From contig JBDGQO010000002.1 in the NCBI GenBank assembly GCA_042219045.1, positions 1-13,620 on the forward strand: a stretch of DNA of 13,620 nucleotides, written 5' to 3'. The notes below the pieces were generated by a model. It made no database searches. It was not told the origin of the DNA and worked only from the letters and a program-made list of their open reading frames with translations. The position numbers and the translations under genes were made by a program. This document shows positions 1 to 6,608 of the stretch, piece by piece. The DNA comes from Candidatus Bipolaricaulia bacterium. GTDB taxonomy: Bacteria; Bipolaricaulota; Bipolaricaulia; RBG-16-55-9. Positions within the stretch are counted from its first letter, which is position 1. Each line of letters starts with the position of its first letter.

Positions 1-4
1 TCAC

Positions 5-175
5 CTATCCTTTCGTGCCTTTCGTTTCTTCGCGCTCGACGAATTCCTCGAGGGCTTTGACAACTAGGTAATTGACGGAGCGGTCCTGTTGTTGGGCAAG
101 CTTGTTGAGCCGCGCGACGGGATCATCGGCTTGCTTCGCCTTCGGCACGTAGATGGTCAGCTTATCCGTAGCCAT
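5..175 (-). CDS. Small Arc/CopG-like ribbon-helix-helix DNA-binding protein, 56 aa (not in ORF track)
   Basis: Hand translation: MATDKLTIYVPKAKQADDPVARLNKLAQQQDRSVNYLVVKALEEFVEREETKGTKG*. Alternating beta strand KLTIYVP, helix A, Arc-like turn DRSVN, helix B. SD AGGAGA (185-190) lies 9 nt before the ATG. Confidence 0.8.
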   Translation of the reverse strand: MATDKLTIYVPKAKQADDPVARLNKLAQQQDRSVNYLVVKALEEFVEREETKGTKG

Positions 176-197
176 TCGATCGAATCTCCTCTTTAAT

Positions 198-243
198 GTT
201 GCTTTGTAAAACCATGATAAGCAACCAGCACGATTGTCGTCAG
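198..243 (-). promoter_or_regulatory. Putative sigma70 promoter of the RHH gene overlapped by an inverted-repeat operator
   Basis: Minus strand CTGACG (243-238)-N18-TATCAT (219-214). A perfect 7-bp inverted repeat GTTGCTT (198-204)-N14-AAGCAAC (219-225) brackets the -10 and predicted start site. Confidence 0.45.
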
Positions 244-361
244 CATTGTGACATATCCCCCCTTATTGAGACAACACTGATCCGTGCCGGGCCCATACCG
301 TCTTGTCCTTGCAGCAAGGGAACGACGTCGGGTTAAGCCGCAGCACATGCGCAGTAAAGGG

Positions 362-1690
362 CTAAAGCGATTCGGCAGGCGTTTCCGCCGGTTCGGGCGT
401 GGGCGGCGGCGATTCGGGAAGCTTCAGTCGGACCTTGAGGATCTCACGTGCGGTGGCGCTTTCCACCATGACGCTCGCGCCGTCGATGTCCACGGACCGA
501 CCGGGACGGGGAATCTCTTCCAGGTGCTCGGTTACGAGGCCGCCGATTGTCACTGCGCCGTCGGCCGGCAGCTCCAGCTCCAGCTCCTCGTTGATCATGG
601 TCAGCTCGGCGTCGCCTTCGACGAGGTATTCCCGATCGGAAAGCTGGCGGATCATGCGGCGTGGCTCGTCGTACTCGTCGCTGATCTCGCCGACGATCTC
701 TTCCAAGACGTCCTCCAGGGTGATGATGCCGGCCATGCCGCCGAATTCGTCCACCACAATGGCCATGTGCTTCTTGTGGTTCTGGAACTCCTGAAGCAGA
801 TCGTTGATCGGCTTGACCGTCGGCGTGAAGAAGGGCGACCGGATCAGCTCGCGGCGGTCGTTTAGCATGGAGTCGTTGTCATGGTCGGCGCGCAGCAGAT
901 CCTTGGCGTGGAGGATGCCAATAATATTGTCACGGTCGTCCTCGAAGACGGGATACCGCGAGTGGCCCTGGTCAACAATCACGTCGTGAACGTCGCTCAA
1001 CGGCGTGTCGCAGGCGAGCGAGATGACCTCGGGCCGCGGCACCATGACCTGGCGCACGACCAGATCGTCGTAGCTGAGGATGCGCCAGATCATGCGCTCT
1101 TCGGCTTCCTCGACGATGCCGTAGCGCTCGGCCTCATCGAGCAGATGCTCCAGGACGTCGCGCACTTGATCCTCGTTGACGGGAGATTCGTCCGTCGCGT
1201 CCGCGACGCTGGGGAAAATCAGGCGTCGCAGGCCATGGCGGATCCCCTCGGAGGCGCGAACGAATGGGAAGAGCGGCCGAATGATCCAGTAAAGCGGGCG
1301 CATCAGCGCCAGGACCCAATTGGCGATGCGGTGGCGGCCGACGTAGTAGGGCACCAACTCGCCGAGCACGATGAGGTAGGCGGCGGCGATGCCGAACGCG
1401 AGCCCTGCTTTGGCCCAGAGCCCCCACTCAGGTACGAGCGAGAAGCTCAGCATCGCGGCGGCGATGCCGGTCAGGGCCAACACCAAGTCCGTTAAAAGCG
1501 CGACAGCCCCCATGACACGCTTTGGCTGGGCCATCAGCGCGTGGATCATGCGGTGATGGCGAGAATGGGTGTCCGACAGGGCCGTCAAGCGCAACCTGCC
1601 CAAGGAGGCGACCGCGACTTCGAGCGCGGTCATTATGCCAGCCAGCAGCGATAGAGCGGCCAACGCTACGAATCCTAAGCTAGGATCCAT
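362..1690 (-). CDS. Hemolysin-family/TlyC protein (CNNM/DUF21 membrane domain, CBS pair, CorC_HlyC domain); probable Mg2+/Co2+ transport-related
   Basis: N-terminal hydrophobic helices with GELVP; VRQVMVPR, GHSRYPVF, IIGILHAKDLL and AIVVDEFGGMAGIITLEDVLEEIVGEISDEYD motifs; C-terminal TIGGLV domain. SD GAGGTG (1705-1700) lies 9 nt upstream. Confidence 0.93.
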   Translation of the reverse strand: MDPSLGFVALAALSLLAGIMTALEVAVASLGRLRLTALSDTHSRHHRMIHALMAQPKRVMGAVALLTDLVLALTGIAAAMLSFSLVPEWGLWAKAGLAFGIAAAYLIVLGELVPYYVGRHRIANWVLALMRPLYWIIRPLFPFVRASEGIRHGLRRLIFPSVADATDESPVNEDQVRDVLEHLLDEAERYGIVEEAEERMIWRILSYDDLVVRQVMVPRPEVISLACDTPLSDVHDVIVDQGHSRYPVFEDDRDNIIGILHAKDLLRADHDNDSMLNDRRELIRSPFFTPTVKPINDLLQEFQNHKKHMAIVVDEFGGMAGIITLEDVLEEIVGEISDEYDEPRRMIRQLSDREYLVEGDAELTMINEELELELPADGAVTIGGLVTEHLEEIPRPGRSVDIDGASVMVESATAREILKVRLKLPESPPPTPEPAETPAESL

Positions 1691-1714
1691 TCACGCGTGC
1701 ACCTCAATTTCTCC

Positions 1715-1743
1715 ATTTTAGCCGGGTCGGGCACACGTTGCAA
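1715..1743 (-). promoter_or_regulatory. sigma70-type promoter for tlyC
   Basis: TTGCAA (1743-1738)-N17-TAAAAT (1720-1715), just upstream of the SD. Confidence 0.65.
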
Positions 1744-1767
1744 TTGCCGGAAGAGGTGGAGTAGCCT
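1738..1767 (+). promoter_or_regulatory. Putative promoter for accBC sharing the palindromic -35
   Basis: TTGCAA (1738-1743)-N18-TAGCCT (1762-1767). Confidence 0.4.
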
Positions 1768-1906
1768 GGGCCAGACATGCGGTTGCATCAACACGGAAGG
1801 CGATGGGCCGCATGGCTGTGGCCCGTCACTCGTGTGAGCAACGCTCGCCATAGGTGACGCGGAGCACGGCACTGGGAAATCTCACCTGAACGGGGGATGG
1901 GCGACG

Positions 1907-2392
1907 GTGAACATTGACGACATCGAGACGCTCATCGAGCTGTTTGACCGCTCGGGGCTGGCCGAGCTGGAGCTCGAGCAGGGCGAGACGAAGCTCGCGC
2001 TGCGCCGTACACAGGCGAAATCGGCAAACGCGATCCAAGCCGAAGGCACGGTGGAGCAGCAATCGGGGCCCGCTGATGCGGCTCAAACGGCCGAGCCTCA
2101 GCCGTCCGAAGCTCCGACGACCGACGGAAGCTCGACAGATGAGGCGGCCGAGGGCTACGTCGTGACCTCCCCCATTGTCGGAACGTTCTATCGGCGGCCT
2201 TCGCCGGAAGAAGAGCCCTACGTAACCGTCGGCGATCGCGTCGATGCCGGGGACACCGTCTGCATCGTGGAGGCCATGAAAGTCATGAACGAAGTGCGCA
2301 CGGAGCGGGCCGGCATCGTCAAGGAGATCCTCGTCGAGGACGCGGCCGCCGTGGAATACGGCCAAGCCCTCATCCGGATCGATGAGTCCTGA
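1907..2392 (+). CDS. accB: Acetyl-CoA carboxylase biotin carboxyl carrier protein
   Basis: GTG start. N-terminal MNIDDIETLIELFDRSGLAELELE, Ala/Pro/Glu-rich linker, SPIVGTFYRRPSP and the biotinylation motif EAMKVMN. Confidence 0.96.
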   Translation: MNIDDIETLIELFDRSGLAELELEQGETKLALRRTQAKSANAIQAEGTVEQQSGPADAAQTAEPQPSEAPTTDGSSTDEAAEGYVVTSPIVGTFYRRPSPEEEPYVTVGDRVDAGDTVCIVEAMKVMNEVRTERAGIVKEILVEDAAAVEYGQALIRIDES

Positions 2393-3743
2393 GCCATTGT
2401 TCAACAAGATCCTGGTCGCCAACCGGGGCGAGATCGCGCTCCGTATTGTGGAGGCCTGTCGCCAGCTCGGCATCCCCTCCGTGGCCGTCTTTTCCGAGGC
2501 GGACCGTGAGGCGCTCCATGCCCGACTGGCCGACGAGGCCTACTGCATCGGCCCGGCTCCCGCCCAGGACAGTTACCTCAACCTCGCCGCGATCATGAGC
2601 GCAGCGGAGGTTTCGGGGGCCGAGGCCATCCACCCGGGTTACGGGTTTCTGTCCGAGGACGCGGAGTTCGCGGAGGTCTGCGAAGACTCCGGCTTTACGT
2701 TTATTGGCCCATCGCAAGCGACGATGCGCCTCACTGGGGACAAGCTGGCCACCAAGCAGGCGCTCGAAGCCCATGGCCTGCCGACGGTGCCAGGTACCGA
2801 CGCAATGAACACGGAAGCCGAAGCCCAGGAAGCGGCCGAACGGCTCGGCTATCCGCTCATCATCAAGTCGGCGGCCGGCGGCGGCGGGCGCGGCATGCGC
2901 TTTGTCCACGACTCGGCGGAGCTGTTCGATCGGTTCCATGCGGCTCGCCGCGAGGCCGAGGCCGCGTTCGGCAACGGCGCCGTCTACTTCGAAAAACATC
3001 TGGGCGACGCGCGCCACATCGAGGTCCAGATCGTGGCGGACGGTCATGGCAACGTCGTCCACTGGGGCGAGCGCGAATGCTCCATCCAGCGGCGCTATCA
3101 AAAACTGATTGAGGAGACGCCCGCCCCCAACTTCGATCCCGAGCTGCGCCAGCAAGTGTGCGAGACGGCCGTCGAGGCGGCGCACGCGCTCGGCTATCGC
3201 AATGCCGGCACGGTCGAGTGCCTCGTCTCGGACGAGGCCTTCTACATCATCGAGATCAACGCGCGCATCCAGGTCGAGCACCCCGTCAGCGAGATGCGAG
3301 CGGGGCGGGATCTCGTCATGGACCAGATCCGGATCGCAGCGGGCGAACCGCTCCCGTACGAGCAGAGCGATCTCGAACTGACCGGCCATGCCATCGAGTG
3401 TCGCATCAACGCGGAGGACCCGCTGAACGACTTCATGCCCGCGGCGGGCGATCTGCGGGTGGTCGGCTGGCCGGGCGGCCCGGGGGTGCGAATCGACACC
3501 CACATCTACAATGGGGTCCGCATTCCGCCCAACTACGACTCGTTGTTGGCGAAGCTGATCGGCTATGCCGACGACCGTGATGGCGCTCGCGGCCGCATGA
3601 TCGGGGCGCTACGGCGGCTCCACATCGAATCGCTGCCGACCACAGCTGAGCTCTGCCTGGAGATTCTGGAACATCCCGTCTTCGTTGCCGGCGAGGCCAC
3701 GACGCGCTTCCTCGAACAGCAGCTGTCGGCGAAGTCGGGTTGA
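2382..3743 (+). CDS. accC: Acetyl-CoA carboxylase biotin carboxylase subunit
   Basis: KILVANRGEIA, IHPGYGFLSE, GGGGRGM, ERECSIQRRYQK, EINARIQVEHPV, GHAIECRINAED and YDSLLAKLI motifs. Overlaps the accB stop; the true start could instead be TTG at 2397. Confidence 0.96.
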   Translation: MSPEPLFNKILVANRGEIALRIVEACRQLGIPSVAVFSEADREALHARLADEAYCIGPAPAQDSYLNLAAIMSAAEVSGAEAIHPGYGFLSEDAEFAEVCEDSGFTFIGPSQATMRLTGDKLATKQALEAHGLPTVPGTDAMNTEAEAQEAAERLGYPLIIKSAAGGGGRGMRFVHDSAELFDRFHAARREAEAAFGNGAVYFEKHLGDARHIEVQIVADGHGNVVHWGERECSIQRRYQKLIEETPAPNFDPELRQQVCETAVEAAHALGYRNAGTVECLVSDEAFYIIEINARIQVEHPVSEMRAGRDLVMDQIRIAAGEPLPYEQSDLELTGHAIECRINAEDPLNDFMPAAGDLRVVGWPGGPGVRIDTHIYNGVRIPPNYDSLLAKLIGYADDRDGARGRMIGALRRLHIESLPTTAELCLEILEHPVFVAGEATTRFLEQQLSAKSG

Positions 3744-3764
3744 CCCTACCGTCCTTTCGAGCCG

Positions 3765-3793
3765 TTGCAAGGACTCCGACGACCGCATAAAAT
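3765..3793 (+). promoter_or_regulatory. sigma70-type promoter for the ffh operon
   Basis: TTGCAA (3765-3770)-N17-TAAAAT (3788-3793) in the accC-ffh gap, with the same hexamers as the tlyC promoter. Confidence 0.7.
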
Positions 3794-3871
3794 CAGTGAG
3801 TTGGACACAAATCGTCACAACGACGAGTCAAGCCACACCGTCGAGCCGACGACAGGGGACGGGATTCACCC

Positions 3872-5185
3872 ATGTTTGACGCGCTGAGCGAACGACTCAA
3901 CAACGCGCTTACCAAGCTGAAGCGCCAAGGGAAGCTGACCGAAAAGGACCTCGACGAAGGGCTCCGCGAGGTCCGCCGGGCGCTGCTGGAAGCGGACGTC
4001 AACTACAAGGTGACCAAGCGCTTCGTGGAACGCATCCGCGACAAAGCCGTCGGGCAGAACGTCATGGAGAGCCTGACGCCCGGCCAGCAGGTCATCAAGA
4101 TCGTGCGCGACGAGTTGACCGAGTTGATGGGCCAGCAGGCGCGTGATCTCGACCTGTCGGCCCGGCCGACAGTCTGGATGGTCGTCGGGCTGCAGGGCTC
4201 CGGCAAGACGACGACCACGGGCAAGTTGGCCAATCACTATCGAAATCAGGGGCGCCAGCCCCTGTTGGCTGCCACCGACGTCCATCGGCCCGCAGCGATC
4301 GATCAGCTGCAGCAGTTGGGATCTCAGCTCGATCTTCCCGTCCATGGCGAAGGCGAGACGGCGCTGGAGATCGCCCAGGGCGCCGTTGATGATGCCAAGC
4401 GCCGCACGCGCGACATGGTGCTCGTCGACACGGCCGGCCGGCTGCAGATCGACGAGGACCTCATGGACGAACTCGCCGAGGTCAAGGAGCGGATCGAGCC
4501 GAGTGAGGTCCTGCTCGTCGCCGACGCCATGACGGGCCAAGAGGCCGTCTCGATCGCCGAAACGTTCCACGAGCGTCTCGGCTTGACGGGCATTGTCCTC
4601 ACCAAGATGGACGGCGACGCACGCGGGGGCGCGGCGCTGTCGATGGTCGAGGTCACGGGCGTGCCGATTGTCTTCCTCGGAACGGGCGAAAAGACCGACA
4701 ACTTGGAGGTGTTTCATCCGGATCGCCTCGCGCAGCGGGTCCTGGGCATGGGGGACGTGCTCGGGCTCATCGAGGACGTCGAAAAGCGCGTCGACCAAGA
4801 CCAGGCCGAGGACTTGGCCAAAAAGCTCGAAAGCGACAAGTTCACGCTCGAGGACTTCCAACAGCAGCTCTCCCAGGTGCGAGACCTCGGTCCGCTGGAC
4901 AAGCTGATGGAAAAGATGCCCGGCATGAGCGAGGCCCAAGGGAACGTCGACGTCGACGAGGACGAGCTGAACAAGGTCGAGGCGATCATCAGCTCCATGA
5001 CGCCGTGGGAGCGGCGCCATCCTGAAAGCCTCAACGGAAGCCGCAAAAAGCGCATCGCGGCCGGGTCGGGCACACGCGTCCGAGACATCAACTCGCTGTT
5101 GAAGCGCTTCAAGGAGGCGAAGAAGATGATGAAGCAGATGAAGAAGATGGGCGGGTCGAGCAGCGGCGGCGGTTTGCCCTTCTAA
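3872..5185 (+). CDS. ffh: Signal recognition particle protein
   Basis: ALLEADVN, P-loop GLQGSGKTTT, DTAGR, TKMDGDARGGAA, and a Met-rich M domain with SRKKRIAAGSGT. Confidence 0.98.
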   Translation: MFDALSERLNNALTKLKRQGKLTEKDLDEGLREVRRALLEADVNYKVTKRFVERIRDKAVGQNVMESLTPGQQVIKIVRDELTELMGQQARDLDLSARPTVWMVVGLQGSGKTTTTGKLANHYRNQGRQPLLAATDVHRPAAIDQLQQLGSQLDLPVHGEGETALEIAQGAVDDAKRRTRDMVLVDTAGRLQIDEDLMDELAEVKERIEPSEVLLVADAMTGQEAVSIAETFHERLGLTGIVLTKMDGDARGGAALSMVEVTGVPIVFLGTGEKTDNLEVFHPDRLAQRVLGMGDVLGLIEDVEKRVDQDQAEDLAKKLESDKFTLEDFQQQLSQVRDLGPLDKLMEKMPGMSEAQGNVDVDEDELNKVEAIISSMTPWERRHPESLNGSRKKRIAAGSGTRVRDINSLLKRFKEAKKMMKQMKKMGGSSSGGGLPF

Positions 5186-5186
5186 A

Positions 5187-5215
5187 TTGATCCCCGCTAA
5201 GCCAGCCGTCATTCT
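5187..5215 (+). promoter_or_regulatory. Possible internal promoter upstream of rpsP
   Basis: TTGATC (5187-5192)-N17-CATTCT (5210-5215). Confidence 0.35.
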
Positions 5216-5282
5216 GGATCTCGGATGCATCCACGTGATTGGACAACCAAGCACCGATCATGATCGCGAAAGGAGACCGAAC

Positions 5283-5552
5283 ATGGCTGCAAGAATTCGA
5301 TTGAAGCAGATCGGCAAGCGAGGCCAGCACACGTTCCGCATCGTCGCCATCGAGGGGAGCAAGCCCCGCGGCGGCCGCGTGCTGGAGGAGATTGGCCACT
5401 TCGACCCCCACTCCGACGAGCTCCATGTGGACGAGGGCCGCGCCTTCGATTGGCTCAGCAAGGGCGTCCAGCCCAGCCAGAGCGCCAAGCAGCTCTTGAC
5501 CCGCGCCGGCATCCGTCAGGACAAGGACGTCCGCACCGGGACGGGCACTTAG
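5283..5552 (+). CDS. rpsP: 30S ribosomal protein S16, 89 aa
   Basis: MAARIRLKQIGK...FRIVA...PRGGRVLEEIGHFDP...WLSKGVQPS. SD AGGAG (5271-5275) places the start at ATG 5283, not 5187. Canonical position after ffh. Confidence 0.95.
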   Translation: MAARIRLKQIGKRGQHTFRIVAIEGSKPRGGRVLEEIGHFDPHSDELHVDEGRAFDWLSKGVQPSQSAKQLLTRAGIRQDKDVRTGTGT

Positions 5553-5622
5553 CGCCCATCGCCGCGTGTGGTGGGCTGCGGCCTGCAGTCCACGATCGCA
5601 CCGAGCGGATGGAAGATCCGGG

Positions 5623-5898
5623 ATGTTGCGTCAGCTACTGGAGTTTCTGATCCGGCCGTTGGTTGAGGACATGGCCAACGTCCGGATCGAGTGCACCGAG
5701 ACGCCCACAATGACGCTGTTCTGTCTGTGGGCACGCAAGGGCGATCTCGGCCGCATCCTGGGCAAGAAGGGCCAGACGATCGAGGACATTCGCCGCGTCA
5801 TGGAGACCGTGGCGGCCCGCGACGACCGCGAAGTTATCATCGACGTCCTGGAGCAGCCCAAGGAGACGTCCCCGTCGACGGAGGCGCCCTCGTCCTGA
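5623..5898 (+). CDS. khpA: KH-domain RNA-binding protein (KhpA/YlqC, UPF0109), 91 aa
   Basis: MLRQLLEFLIRPLVED...DLGRILGKKGQTIEDIR with the KH GxxG loop; canonical position after rpsP. Start reassigned to ATG 5623. Confidence 0.9.
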   Translation: MLRQLLEFLIRPLVEDMANVRIECTETPTMTLFCLWARKGDLGRILGKKGQTIEDIRRVMETVAARDDREVIIDVLEQPKETSPSTEAPSS

Positions 5899-5901
5899 GC
5901 G

Positions 5902-6606
5902 ATGCGAGTCGACATCGTCACGCTGTTTCCCGAGCTGATTGAGCCCTACTTTTCCGGGGGCCTGCTCGGAGCGGCCCGCGAGCGCGGCGTCCTTGAGGTC
6001 CATCTTCACCAGCTCCGCGACTACACCCGAGATAACCACCGCCAAGTCGACGATCGGCCCTACGGCGGCGGACCGGGCATGGTGCTCAAGCCGGAGCCCT
6101 TCTTTCGCGTCGTGGAGTCGCTGGAGGCCCACATCGGCCAGCGGCCACGCGTGTTGCTCACCTCGGCGCGCGGGAAGGTCTTCAACCAAGCGAAGGCCCG
6201 TGAGCTGTCGGACGAGCGTTGCGTGACGATCCTGTGCGGTCGCTATCAGGGGGTCGACGACCGTGTGAAGACGCTCGTCGACGACGAGCTCTCCATTGGG
6301 GACTTCGTGTTGAGCGGCGGCGAGCTGCCCGCTCTCGTCGTGGCCGAGTCCATTGGGCGGCTTGTGCCCGGGGTCGTTGGCAATCTGGATTCCCTGGAAG
6401 CCGACTCCTTTGCCGAGTCCGATCTCTTGGGTCCGCCCCAATACACCCGCCCGTCGGAATTTCGCGGCATGCAGGTGCCCGAGGTGCTCTTGTCGGGCGA
6501 TCACGCGGAGATCGAACGCTGGCGCCGCGAGCAGGCGCTGGCGACCACCCGCCGAAATCGCCCCGATCTCCTCGATCCGTCCGATCGCCCGCCCAACGTC
6601 GATTGA
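5902..6606 (+). CDS. trmD: tRNA (guanine37-N1)-methyltransferase
   Basis: MRVDIVTLFPE, VDDRPYGGGPGMV, CGRYQG, SIGDFVLSGGE, RLVPGVVGN, DSF, YTRP and VPEVLLSGDH motifs. Confidence 0.97.
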   Translation: MRVDIVTLFPELIEPYFSGGLLGAARERGVLEVHLHQLRDYTRDNHRQVDDRPYGGGPGMVLKPEPFFRVVESLEAHIGQRPRVLLTSARGKVFNQAKARELSDERCVTILCGRYQGVDDRVKTLVDDELSIGDFVLSGGELPALVVAESIGRLVPGVVGNLDSLEADSFAESDLLGPPQYTRPSEFRGMQVPEVLLSGDHAEIERWRREQALATTRRNRPDLLDPSDRPPNVD

Positions 6607-6608
6607 TC

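Noticed and set aside
9..25. Tandem CCTTTCGT repeat (9-16, 18-25)
   Set aside because: It encodes TKG-TKG at the RHH C-terminus; a trivial micro-duplication.
1745..1890. Fragments resembling known riboswitches: AAGAGGTGGAG (SAM-I), GGCGATGG...TCGCCATA (fluoride), CACTGGGAA (cobalamin), GGAAGGCG (glycine)
   Set aside because: Only isolated words match; the remaining conserved cores and spacing are absent, and the SAM-like word falls in the predicted promoter spacer.
3744..3871. Possible SRP RNA (ffs) or ylxM next to ffh
   Set aside because: No CAGG-x-CCGGAAGG-x-AGCAG domain IV motif, and no room for a ylxM-sized ORF.
2370..5254. Long antisense ORFs 2370-3503 and 3866-5254, and similar ones at 881-1495, 5635-6504, 6501-7697, 7752-8501, 9457-10329 and 11443-12468
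   Set aside because: They mirror well-supported genes on the opposite strand, have no recognisable motifs, and are expected from high-GC codon bias.
5187..6608. ORF-track N-terminal extensions of rpsP (5187), khpA (5566) and the SPOUT gene (6219); likewise clpP (10095) and tig (11320)
   Set aside because: Family homology, and SD position where one is visible, support the shorter starts used here.
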